Below, one piece after another: positions 12,450 through 24,620 of a DNA stretch of 47,198 nt; the first letter of the stretch is position 1, and each line of letters begins with the position of its first letter. The notes beneath the pieces are model-generated. The model had not been told where the DNA came from. It saw nothing but the letters and a program-made list of their open reading frames with translations, and did not search any database. This stretch comes from Octopus bimaculoides (taxonomy: Eukaryota), in the NCBI RefSeq assembly GCF_001194135.2, contig NC_068981.1, forward strand, positions 154,051,613-154,098,810, read 5' to 3'. The translations under genes and the position numbers were made by a program.

Positions 12450-12812
12450 TTACATGTTTCAGTCATTTTGACTGTGGTCATGCTGCACCACCTTAAAGGA
12501 TTTTAGTCTAAGAAATTGACCACAGGACTTATTCTTTGTAAGCCTGATACTTATTCTATCAATCTCATTTGCCGAACCACTAAGTTACAGGGACAATAAA
12601 TACACCACCATCAGTTGTCAAGCAATGGTGGGAGGACAGACAGACACACACACACACATAAATATACGATGGGCTTCTTTCAGTTTCTGTCTGGCAAATC
12701 CACTCACAAGGCTTTGATTGGCCTGAGGCACTTGCCCAAGGTACCACTCATTGGGAATGAACCCAAAACCATGTGGTTGGAAAGTAAGCTTCTTACCACG
12801 TAGCCACACCTA
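12450..12812 (-). mobile_element. SINE family 1, full-length
   Basis: Reverse complement of 2656-3046. Confidence 0.85.
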
Positions 12813-13010
12813 CACCGGCTTTATTTTTTCATAGTATTACTATATATGCAAGTGTTATAAAAAACGATCTCTAGTTGAACCAAATTATGCTGCAGGCTTT
12901 GTGATGCCTTTTGCCAATTACTTTAAGTTACATTTCATGGAAGGATTGCATTGTCTGCTACAAATCAGCATATCAGTTGTACTCTGAGGAATGCAATCTA
13001 TCACATAAGG

Positions 13011-13283
13011 CAGAGGTTTTCAAACTGTGGTCCGCGGACCACAGGGGGTCCGTGGACAGCAAATACTTTTTGTGGGCAATTTGATTTTATATATGTTTTT
13101 TAATCGAAATCTCTTAATTGACAATAAACCTATTTGTTAAATACTGTTAAATAAATAAATGTAAAAATATGTTATTTTAAGCAAATATTTATGTATAAAT
13201 TTCATAAGCGTTTATAAGGGGGTCCCTAATGTAAAGCCTGAAATATAAAGGGGTCCGCAAGTCAAAAAGTTTGAAAACCCCTG
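13011..13283. mobile_element. hAT (Charlie-like) MITE, 273 bp
   Basis: TIRs CAGAGGTTTTCAAACT and AGTTTGAAAACCCCTG; 8-bp TSD acataagg/acataaag (7 of 8). Confidence 0.85.
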
Positions 13284-13436
13284 ACATAAAGAATCAATAA
13301 AAATTATGTAGAAATCTCCCTGAACCTTATATTGGGTAGCCAGCTCAGAGAAAAGGTGAATGGCTCAAAAAACATTAAAACTACACCAAAAACAAAAAAA
13401 AACCAACATTTTATATATTGTTCCAGACTGACACAA

Positions 13437-13647
13437 CCTTTTAGCATTTAATTTGGCTATTTAATCAGGCCAAAATATTTCTACCAGTTTTATGTTCAAA
13501 ACAACCAGATCTAACCCCAACAATGTCATTCTAAAAATATACAAGCACACCATTGGAATGCTGAATCAACAAGATAATGCTTGATTAATTAAAGCAATGT
13601 GAATAAATATGCATTACATTTGACAAAAAAATCTGAATGCTAAAGGG
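13437..13647. mobile_element. piggyBac-like MITE (copy 3)
   Basis: ccttttagcattt ... aatgctaaaggg|TTAA, same core. Confidence 0.75.
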
Positions 13648-14799
13648 TTAAACAAAAGACTTAAGCTACTTTGTTGGTGACTGGTTTGAATTCTGGAAAA
13701 GGAAAAAAAAAAAAAAGAAAGAAAAACTTAAAATAAATGCCAAAGAAACAAACTCTTATTCTCTTGTTTTCAGTCAATGGACTGCAGGTTTACTGAAAGG
13801 TTTAGTCAGTCAACTCCGGTATTTTTAAGCATATAATCTTTTAATTCTTCTATATGGAACAATTAAGTTACAAAGACATAAACAAATCATCACTAGTTGT
13901 CAAGCAGTGAGAGGTAAACATGCATGTGGGCATGCAAGCACATACACACATCATCATCATCATCATCATCATCCTCCCTCCTCTTTATCTTTTGCATCAT
14001 CTACTTTTCATGCTGTATTGCAGAGTGTGCTAGAAAACTAAGGACCAGAATGAGTGGTAAGATCCTGTAAGATGAATGCAAACTGAAGATGATGGTGACA
14101 TACTATGGGTCTCCAAAGACAGACCAACATGATCCAAAGGGTTGGGAGAAAACATCTTACACAAGTATCAGTTTCCACATGATTTCTATACATGGATGCT
14201 TTGCATAACACAAATCAATTTACAGAGGATAATGGTGAATTTTTCACTGGTAACAGCACAAGAAAAGTTGTCAAGGCTCTTTGCAAGATTGAAGGATCCA
14301 CTCAATCCTGTTCAGTTCACCAGTCACTGGATGCTATTTTGAGGGCATGAGCACTAAATGAACCCCCCCCCCTCATAACTCACAAGATTAAAGAGCTCCC
14401 ATAACTGATAGGTAAATAAGAGGGTAGTGAGTTTAAGCAAGATGTTGAAAGAAGTTGAAGTATAATGAGAGTAACAGATGTATTGTTGTATGGAAGAGTG
14501 GATGAGTAGGGGGATCTAGTGCTCTGGGGTGGGTGAAATGGGTGCTTGAAAGAGAAATGGCATCCATGGAGGCAGAGGAATTCAGAAAGAGAGAGGAAGA
14601 AGAGAAGCCATGGGGGTCAATGTGGGGAAAGAGAGATGGGACAGAGGAAGAATGGATGAATGTAATGAGAACAGTGAGAGTAAAAGAGGCAAGAGGCTAA
14701 CATAAAGGCAGTAGGGAGGCAGAGGATCGCAATGCAGTGACAACATCCCAGCCACCTTCACAACTTGTTTTAGCATTCTTTCAGCCTTGACTGCACAAG

Positions 14800-15520
14800 A
14801 GGCAGCTTTCTCCAACACCATTGTGTCACCTGTTATGATTCCTTGTCATCTATTTTGTGAAATTCAACACCATGAGTGAGATCAGTTTTCACCATTTTGT
14901 CGCATGTCTTTGTAGATCTTCCTCTTGCACAGGTACCATCCTCTTTGAGTGCTCTGCACCTTTTTATACAGCTGTTGTCATTCATATGCATCACATACTC
15001 ATACCAATGCAGTTTCTTTCTTATATACTATGTCTAATCCGTATTATATAGTCGTTCTCCTATGTCATTTATACTCAGTTGTTCATGCATGTTAACATTA
15101 TATATCTAGCAAAGCATACTTGCTTTATTTCTTTCAAGTCTTCACAAATCCCCTGCATTCAAAGCCCATATTTCCATTACATTATGGCATTGCATTTCAC
15201 ATACAAGCATCATACAGTCAGCCCTTTCACAGAGGGAGGGGCTCTTCGTTGCCAACAGAGATAGTAGCTCCGGGGAATTTTTTCTGACAGGTTCATACTC
15301 TGGTTACTATGCTTTCAGTGCACCTGCCCATGATGTTAATTAGATCACCTACGCAACAGAGACTATTTACTACCTTTTGGAAGCCAACAAGGCAGTTGAA
15401 AGAATCTCTTTCCTGGGTGCTTTTCTTGTGCACTTGCCACATAGGAAAGTCAGCTTTTCTATTAGCCTGCTTGCAGTCCCCACCTCTTGTGTGTATATTC
15501 TTTGCACTGAGCACATTATA
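14800..15520 (-). mobile_element. Degraded RTE LINE reverse transcriptase C-terminal fragment
   Basis: CCVGDLINIMGRCTESIVTRV*TCQKKFPELL resembles YLGD.I...GGC..S...RI...W.KFRELL; further on, LHWYEYVMHMNDNSCIKRC parallels the 5784 ORF. Confidence 0.7.
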
Positions 15521-17742
15521 TGGAATCTCTGACCTGGGTCTAAACAACAAGTAACTCATTTCAGCTAACGAGAAATCCTCTATACAGCCAATCAATGTGG
15601 TAGAAATAGAGATAAATTGGCATTTTCATTTGACGTTTCTGCGGGTTAAAACGAAAGAAGCCCATAAAGCGTTTGACCCGAGCACAAAAACAGAAGAAAA
15701 ATAGTGTAATAGGTGTAAAACAACTTGCTCTGAACGAATATATAAAAAAAAATGCGCGCTCGCGAAAGGGGGTGGGGTGGGGAGAGGACTCGGAACATTC
15801 ACATCATGAATGTTCCGAGTTGCCCTTCAGCCCGCACATGATAATTAAAGGCGTTTCAGTAATGATTTGGCTGCTGTTTCTAGCCGATCGAACGACGGCG
15901 TGGAGGTTTCCTCGTTAACTGAGATTAGTAGTTGTTTAGCTCCAGTCAGTTCTGTTTCAGTAGACCTATGATTAAAGACACTCCACCCCTGACCATCATA
16001 TCTTTGTTTCTAAGCAGTGTACTTCCAGACATTCAGTATGTCCTTTAAAATGATGATAGGGTGTAACAATGAAGATCTAGGTTTTAGAAAAACTCGTGTT
16101 TGGAACGCCGTTCATGATTGGGTGGTCACGGTTGAAACACTTAAAATAGGTGAGATGATCACTGGGAACGCGTTAAGAGAAAGGCGTGTTTTCACGCATC
16201 GGCGCATATTTTCCCGCGTTCACAGCGAAATAAATCGGACGCATTATGGAAAGTTTTCTTGTTTTAGAAGCTAAACTATGGGTTACCCAAAATATCTGTG
16301 TTGATGTGGTCTCAGTAAGTAGAAGGTGCAATGCTCATAAGCTTCACAGTAGGACTTCGAGACTATCGCATCTCAAATGTGCGATACGAAAATCAATTCA
16401 TACCAACAGTAAAAGAAAAACAGCATCACAGGTGTAAGAAGAACTATAGTGATAGACTTCAACTGGCTATTTACCACCTGATTCCATACAAACGTGTTAT
16501 CATTAATTTATGAGACAATCCAGTTGAACAAGAAATTTGTAGGTTTCACTCAGTAAATAAACTACCACACGTAATTTTATCCAACCTGCAAAACAGTATG
16601 AGGATAATAGGGTAGCAGGGCAAAGAGAGTGAGTGAGAGTTGTGAATAAAAAGAAAGATACAGAGGAATATTAGACACACTTGTTAGAGGTAGGATGCTG
16701 TTTTAAACACAGAGTATATATTATGTAAGGTTTAGAGTTGTATATATCATATACACATATAACCTACTTTCTAGCTGCTTTTCTTAAAGAAAAAAATAGG
16801 AAAGCTCAAAAAATATTCAAATTGTCGCAATCAATAAAATAAATATCTTGCATGCAGACAATATGACATTTCACGTAAGCCTAAAGGAAACAGCTTAATT
16901 CACTAAAATATAAATTTGAAAAAAAAATTTTACGGCTAGAAATTTTGAAAGTGAATTAAGTAAAAATAATATGCAACAGTTAAAAAGTATGAGAAGTAGC
17001 TGAATCAATAGGCCTCATCAAAACTATGCATACAAATCAGATTCAAGTGATTATTCTTAAAATGTGCAGAGAATTATATTGGAATAAAATTGGCAAATAA
17101 ATTAAGAAGCTTAATTCATAAAATAAGAAAGCAAGCAAAATTAGAGAAGAATTAAAACCTGTTAACAAAATCTGACTCGATGACAAAGTTTGACAACATG
17201 GACTTTCATTTAAATTATGTATTTAATTGATACAAAAAGAACAGAAAGTAAGAAAATAATCAGGCATGTACAATATTTAACTATCTAACGTGGGAGCTAT
17301 ACCGAGAGTTTAGATAAACATACGAATAGATGCACACACGTTAATATAAACGACTGTTTGGCTAAGTTAGTAAGCATAAAGAGAAATTCGTTCAGTGTTG
17401 TTTTGATATTCATGGTCATACAATTAAGGAAGTAGGAGTCTGTGGAAATGAAGTATGTTTCACAAGGGCAAAATATTTTGTTTTAATTAAATAAGTTTGT
17501 GTGCGTTAATGAAGTGAGGATTTATTTGCTACATATTTTAGAAATTTGAAACATTGCTTTTTATTTTTTTTGGTTTTGAAAGCTTTTTGCTGACACCATC
17601 GATAGTTTTGTGAAGTTTAAATTTACAACAACCATACAAAAGTCTAAGAGGAAAAATTGCGTCCATAACTATCAATAACAAATCAAATTTATAATTAACT
17701 CTAAATGAAACAAATTCTAAAAGGAATAAATTCTTGCCTCAC

Positions 17743-18284
17743 CTTGCTTTATAAGCAGCATCAAAGGAATGGACACTAATTGGCTCAGAAAAACTCCTTA
17801 AAGTTTGTTGGATTTGAATTTTAATGAAATTTGGTAAGGAAGGAAGTCGAAACTGTTTGCTGTTGTTTGGACGGAATCTGTTTGCAAAAGTTGGAGAAAC
17901 TGGACTCCTTTTTTGAATATAAGAGGAATGGCTAGGTGAGATGCAGTCAGACTGGAAATACCCGTTGGTCTTATAACTGTTATTACTAGCACGTGGTTTT
18001 TTGGTGACGGTTTTTTGTCGTGCGACTAATTTTTCAATATGCTTTGTACTGTCGGCTGTGACATGTTTTAAAACGGTCTGTCCATCAGCGGCCTTTACTA
18101 CATCGACCACATCTGGCATATCTAAAAGAAAATCTTCCAAATCAAAATATCCAAGATCACGGAATTTGAGAGGTTCACCGATGATATCATAGTAATCCTT
18201 CAGAAAATTAAACAACGGTACACCACTTTGAGATGAGATGAGCAAAGCACGAATTTTTTTCTTAATATCTTCTTTCTCGGACAT
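17743..18284 (-). CDS. tdrd5: First coding exon of a TDRD5-like LOTUS/OST-HTH domain protein (LOTUS 1 plus start of LOTUS 2)
   Basis: Translation MSEKEDIKKKIRALLISSQSG...GYFDLEDFLLDMPDVV...STKHIEKLVARQK matches the TDRD5/TDRD7 N-terminal LOTUS pattern as I recall it (LLIS, DMPDVV, STKxIxxLVAxQ). LPNFIKIQIQQTLRSF...SFDAAYKAR starts a second LOTUS. Donor AAG|GTGAG at 17743/17742, phase 2. TDRD5 preferred over TDRD7 from recalled N-terminal similarity; the Tudor region is outside the window. Confidence 0.85.
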
Positions 18285-18960
18285 TTTGGCTAATTTAAGT
18301 GGTTTTCAAACTTGAGTGAATATATGCAGAATACCAGTGCTTGTTTAGAAACGATTCAGAAGAGATGCTGGTTTTCTTCTTCAGGAGAAATGTAAGTGGT
18401 GTCCAGGTTTTCAAATAAAAGACAATTTATAAATTCTAAAAAAAAAAAAAAAATGCAAAGAATAAGTCAATTAAATGGGTTGTAACAATTTAAGATCAAT
18501 CATTAGTGAGCAAAGCGACACTACACAACATGACATGACTCCTCCTGTGTCTGACAATTAGAGATTATTTGACGTTAAAAAAGCTAAACTCTAGATTGTC
18601 ACGTGTTCGTAAACAACCCTGAGCTATGTGGGGTAGAAACAACGGCTGACCATCGGACACACTACAAATGAAAGAAAACGCTTTTTATCCTGGGAAAGCG
18701 TTTCAGTAGTTATAATGTCATTCTGTACAGGTAGATTCTTCGTATACATGAGTTCTGTTTGTTTGCGTTAGGTTAAGTACTATTAGTTATTTTACAATTG
18801 TCAGTCACTCTTGTGAAGTCTCATGTGGTAAATAATTTTGACGCCGCAAACTAAACTACTGGAAGAGGAAAATAAGGATGATAGAGAAGAGTAAATAGAG
18901 TTATCTACCTTTAAAACCGGTAGGGAATCACCGCATACTAAATATGTCATTTGACGACAT
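18285..18960 (-). promoter_or_regulatory. Putative 5' UTR and promoter region of the TDRD5-like gene
   Basis: CpG is retained compared with the introns. Candidate acceptor cttacatttctcctgaAG at 18379, CACGTG at 18600-18605, TGACGT at 18570-18575, CAACGG at 18640-18645. TSS not determinable. Confidence 0.35.
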
Positions 18961-19611
18961 ATACGTGCATATATACACACACATACATTAATATGTGTGT
19001 GTGTGCATATATATATGTATATATACTTTAAAAATGTATTCAGTATTTATTATGGTTGTGGGAATTGCGCAAAAGAAGAGCGTTAGGTCGAATGCGTTGC
19101 GGCATGTAGTTTCTTTCTACTTGGTACCAAGTTCAAAAATCACCGGGTTAGACTCTTGTCTGTTTCTTCCTTGGTTGATAAACTAACTGCCAGTAATATG
19201 CTACAATCGATTGTGTCTACCGTGTCTCATTTCTTGCAAAGATTGGCTATATGCCTAGACAAAAGATATCAATATTACTTAGTATTTATAGGTAGATACG
19301 TGCTAAGACTAAGTTTGAGTATTACGCTATTTCGATGAGCTCACATTTTGACACGACAAATGTAGGCGGTCAGAATCTTATAATCAGACAGTGGTCCACT
19401 ACGTCTACACAATTTTTATTTATTTGCTTTTTTAAATGAAAATTATGAGACTGCTGAACGTCATTTGCGAAAAGCCAAAGACCGAAACACAAATGAATAT
19501 TATATTCGAAACTTTCAGCCCTTGAGTCACGTTTGTATAAACTCATGTATTGAGTTCTAGTTCCCTTGTGTGTTCTACTTAATCTGTATTTATCTATATC
19601 ATCATCGTTAA

Positions 19612-21010
19612 AATATATTGTGATCGACCATATGGTGATGGGTATCACATATATTGTGATCGACCATATGATGATGGGTATGGATACAATCAACCTCCTA
19701 GGAGGTGTCAGAATTAGTGAATATGGGGTTTGGTAGTGCGAAAGCAACATGCACTGTGAGTTTGCATCAGAAGAATGAGGAGAGCCTTGAAGAGAAATGT
19801 GTTGCATACACCATCGTAGACAAGGATTTTCATGCAGTGTTCGACTGTCAGCAGTTGAGTGGAACAGGAAAGGAGAGCCTTACCTCCCCCCCCCCCAATA
19901 TTGAGGAATAGGATAAGCTGTTATCACCATACATTGGTGATAGATAACAGGAATGAGTTTGAGGGAGTGGAAGAAGGTACTTTAATGCCTTGGGAGGAGG
20001 AAGTAAAGAGTGGAGTGCTGCCACTAATGGCAGTGGTGCAGCCAGTGGAAACAAGGTCAGGCTGGTACAAAACTTTCAAGAGCTGAATGATTATGTATTG
20101 TGCCACATGGGTGGTGAGGTTACTGACATCTGTGAGGAAACATTCTAAGAATGCAGATATGATGAGGGCTTCCACAATCAATGACTTGAAGTTGACATAT
20201 TTGCAGTTACATGTGGCTGAGAAATTTTGGAAGTTGCAGCTGGTAAGACATAAGGGTCAGACATATTGTTTGACTTGGCTGGGTTTTGGACTAAATTCAG
20301 CACCAAAGATCATGGCAATGGTTCTTAAGTCTATACTGGGAAAGGTGGACAAGGCCAAAAAGCTACCAATTCCTATGTTGGCAACATCTTTGTAGACAAG
20401 ACATTCTGAATTGGGCACCAGCATGAACAGATGACATCTATTCTTGATGTGTAGGAGACTGGTGGATCACTATCCAATTGCAGGGTAGCTATATCAAGAG
20501 GCAAGCAGACAGGGTGAGCTGGGGGAACAAAGTGGGAGAGACAACTGGCTATGATGAGGGAGATCCTAGAGAAGGTAAGAGCAGAAGACCCAGTAAGAGG
20601 AAGCTGGTACAAGCCCAAATTGAAGAACAAGACCACATGGTGTGATGCTAGAAGCATAGCAATAGGGATCATTGAAGTGGAGGACACAGCCTAGCTCAGA
20701 AAAATGGGTGATTGCAATCACATTAATGTGGCTGAATTGGACTCAGTGCTGAAGGGAGTGAATCTGGCTCTGAGATGAGGGCTGCATACCTCCAAGATTC
20801 AAACCAATTCAGCCACTGTACTTGGAGGGCTACGATTAGTGTCCACCAATGAAAAGAGGGTATGAATAAAATAGGCAGCAGCGATATTAATAAAGTGTCA
20901 CCAAGGGATTCCTGAAGAGCTAGCTGCTGAATTCAGTTTGAAATAAAGCATGGTCATTGTGCCCTCAGAAAGGAATAAGGTGGCTGTCCTAACTAGGGTG
21001 AAGAAAGCCT
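19612..21010 (+). mobile_element. Degraded Gypsy-like LTR retrotransposon pol (protease end, RT, RNase H)
   Basis: GMDTINLLGGVRI; WEEEVKSGVLPLMAVVQP; DLKLTYLQLHV...YCLTWLGFGLNSAPKIM; TTWCDA...INVAELDSVLKGVNLAL; many stops and frameshifts. 19361-19610 may be an LTR (starts TGT) but this is unproven. Confidence 0.85.
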
Positions 21011-22099
21011 GGCTAGCATACATTTGTACTCAGAGCCAGAGCCAGTTTCAGCTGGGTTGGTAACAAAAGGGTTATGTATACAGATTGCTAAAAGTGAAGA
21101 TGCTGCTCATACCTGAAAGATTTCTGAAGATCCCTGACCTCCTCTACATAGAAAGCAGGTAGTGTATTAGAGTTATGACTGAAAACAGGAGAGCTAGGTG
21201 TTACTTATGCAGAAAACTTTCTGCCCTCAAGCAAAGACAACAAAAGCCCCTTTGCTAATAATATCACCCCATCAGCACTAACTCTGCAATAACAATCAGA
21301 GCAGCAGAAGAAAACTAAGTCATTGCCAGTTTGACAAGTTTCTTATCCTACATTATGTCATCTCTCCTTAGCCAGGAGGGAAGAGTAGTGCCAATGACCA
21401 TTTACAAGACCTCCAAGATGGATGGTAAGAAGGGAGAGACAATAGTATCATCAAATTGGAGACTTGGTCTCAATGCTTGCAACAAAAATCAGGTGGTGAT
21501 GTTAAACCAGGCAACAGATTGGGTCTACCAGGAGAATTAAGTTGTTTAAGTAACTGCATAAAGGCTCCTTCATTGACTGTGAACTGTATCTAGTCATTTA
21601 GCTGAGTACCTGTATGCCTTAGTGTTGCTCCATCAGAGAGAAAGGAAGGGAGAGACAGAATCAATGTTGAATAGGCAGAAAGCCAGTAAGAGATACAAAC
21701 AGTTGTGACAAGCAAATGATAATGATTTTTATATTTTGGAATCGAATGATCTTCCTACATTTGGATATCCATTGGCACTCAATGAATAATTAAATATATC
21801 AGTACATAAAAATGTCACTGTTCTTATAATTTGTCCTCAGCTGAACACAACCTCTAACCTTGCTGACAATTAGTCAACTAATTAGATTCAATCTCTCTTC
21901 CTTCCTTTTCTGCTTTCTTCTTATCACTATTAATATTTACTATTCAATTATCCTTCATTTAAGAAATAGCACTTTTATAAGCTACTCTAATTCATTCATT
22001 CGATATTGTTATTACTTCTGTTTGTTTGACAAGCCCAATAAAATGAAGGATCATCATCATCAATATCTGCTCTGCATGCTGACATAGTTAGTTAGTCTA

Positions 22100-22440
22100 T
22101 GTAAGAAGCATAGAGCAGCGGGCATTTCATGCCAGTGGATGTGATCTTGGGCTACCTCCTTGATTTCAGGCCAAGAGAGACCAATTGTTTTTACTTCGTC
22201 CTCCACACTTCTTGACCTGGCTTAAATTATTCAACAGGATCTGATGTATTGGAGGACTGAATTGTGCCCCAGTGTATATTTTGGAATGGTTACTATAGCT
22301 GAATACCCTTCTTAATGTCATTTACTTTGCAGTAGATGACATTAATGTTATTTACTTTCTTAATGTCATCTGCTTTCATCATAGTATCTGCCATGCCTGA
22401 TGTTGCCAAAATGGACATTGGTTCATGATGCAGTATTCTG
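22100..22440 (-). mobile_element. Old RTE-like LINE 3' fragment
   Basis: Minus-strand frame reads SVEDEVKTIGLSWPEIKEVAQDHIHWHEMPAALC, similar to RTE C-termini. Confidence 0.5.
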
Positions 22441-22914
22441 ACTATTGAATCATCTAAATCACACTAGCATGGAGAGAATACCTTAAATGTTGATGTTGAT
22501 AATGATAGTGGAGGTGGTGATGATGATGGTGATAATGATTGGTGCCATGATAAAAGCACCCAGAACAGAACTGAAAGAGAAAAAGGAGAGAATATGTGTG
22601 TGTGTTTGTGTGATGATTTGAGACAAGGTGATAAGAGTGAGCTAAGTACAATGAAAGGAACAGATGTATAGTTATGAAAGGGTGGTAGTAAGAGAGTTAG
22701 AGAGTAGACACTATTGAGGAAGGATGGAAAAGACAGTGGAAAGGGAAGGGATTAGGGTTACTGGTCAGTGAGAAAGAGAGGAATAGAGTGGTAAGAGGGA
22801 TGAAGTTTGTAGGGAGGGTTCAAGGCCATACCGCATAAGGGTATGTGTGGAAGACATAGAAGGAAGAGAACCTGAAAGAGAGAAAATACATGAAGGCGAC
22901 AAGAGTCATTGATC

Positions 22915-23107
22915 ATAACATGATATCTACTGTTGATTTTTTTGACCAACAAGATGAAAGCTTCTTTACCAACGGGATCCAAGCACTGCAATACTGATGG
23001 AAGAAGTGTGTGGACTGCGAGGGGGGCTATGTTGAAAAATAAACACCATTTGGTCACATTCCATGAGAATATCTTGGTCAGCCTATGAACTTTTCAGCTG
23101 ACCCTCA
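22915..23107 (+). mobile_element. Mariner 3' end remnant
   Basis: FFTNGIQALQY*WKKCVDCEGGYVEK* followed by TIR-like aacttttcagctgaccctca and TA. Confidence 0.7.
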
Positions 23108-24489
23108 TAAGTTACACTTGTTGGAAGGATTGCAATATGTGTGCTACAAATCAGTACATCATTTGTACTCTGAGAAACTAAAAATGATATAAATTTATCA
23201 CTAAATATTTTCCATTTTTTTCAATGAGTGTAGAAGACAATCCTAGGCATGTTTTAGTCTTATTATGGTTTCATCGGCAAAGTATAAACTTCACTGTACT
23301 TACAGGTGTAGTGAGGAAATCAAAACCACCACCACTGCCACTGCTGTCGCTACCACCACCACCACCACTGCCTCTACCATCACCATTATCAACAACAACA
23401 ACAAAAACAGCAGCAGCATTATAGTGTCATGTATTTTGTGCCTTTAAATTGTCTTTACTAAATAAGGTCATAAATTCTTTTGAGTTTGGTGAAGAGGATT
23501 CAACTGTAGTACTGAAAAGATGAAAGGCTAAGTTGACCTAAATAGAATTTATACTCAGAATTCAGAGAGCCAAAATAAATATCATAAAACATTAACTATA
23601 GTTCTTTATAATTGCGAGTTTTAATATAGATTTAAAAACAGAGCATTGGAAATTATGTAGAATTAGCAGTGCTACAAAGTTATGAAAGGTATGAGTTCCA
23701 TCAAATGATAAATGGATAGAAATTGTCAAATCACTTTGCAGAATATTCTGAAAGAGAAAAAAAAAATGTGAAAGAAACTGAAATAGGATAATTTACTAAA
23801 TGAAATAGGCATTTTGCATACATAGTTTCCATAACAACAGATACAGGATTTTCTTTTGAAAACTTAACCAATATTCAACCAGTATTAGGAACAGTTTTTA
23901 AAGTTGACCCTTTTTTTTTTTTTAATGAGATACATTACATACATTTAATTAATTTTGAACATAATCAAGAGTTCAGAGATTTATTAAAAATGACTATCAC
24001 TTTTTGCTATTTATGTACTGTTTGAAACAGCAAAAATGTTTGATTTAAAATTGATATGAAAGTTTTCAATGCTTTAAAATAGGACTTTGGTATCAAAGCT
24101 CCAGAGGCAGTCTCAGATGGGTAGGTTTGAAAAGGCTTCTGGGAGGCTCTTTGGATAATGAAATTGGAGAACATACATAGCAGCCATAGTATTGGGTCTG
24201 TTGCTTTTGGTCAGCAAACGAGTATTNNNNNNNNNNNNNNNNNNNNNNNNNNNNNNNNNNNNNNNNNNNNNNNNNNNNNNNNNNNNNNNNNNNNNNNNNN
24301 NNNNNNNNNNNNNNNNNNNNNNNNNNNNNNNNNNNNNNNNNNNNNNNNNNNNNTATATATATATATATATATCGCCATAAATATCGCCATCCGTTAGAGA
24401 AAAAATTTGTAGTTTGGAATCAGTAGTTCTTTGACTGCTATTTCTAAATTTTCAGTATGTTGGTGAAGCAACTCATGCTGATCCCTATA

Positions 24490-24582
24490 TATTTATGATT
24501 ATATATATATATATAAATATACATGTATGTTTGTATGTATGTATGTATGTATGTATACACACACACACACATATACAAAGAG

Positions 24583-24617
<35 letters not shown>
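24490..24617. repeat. Compound microsatellite (TA)n-(TATG)n-(CA)n-(GA)n
   Basis: Directly visible; many shorter microsatellites occur throughout, e.g. (AG)n at 1-28. Confidence 0.95.

Positions 24618-24620
<3 letters not shown>

Noticed and set aside
19703-19715. Primer-binding-site-like AGGTGTCAGAATT
   Set aside because: It falls within the protease-like frame (LLGGVRISE), so it is better explained as coding sequence.
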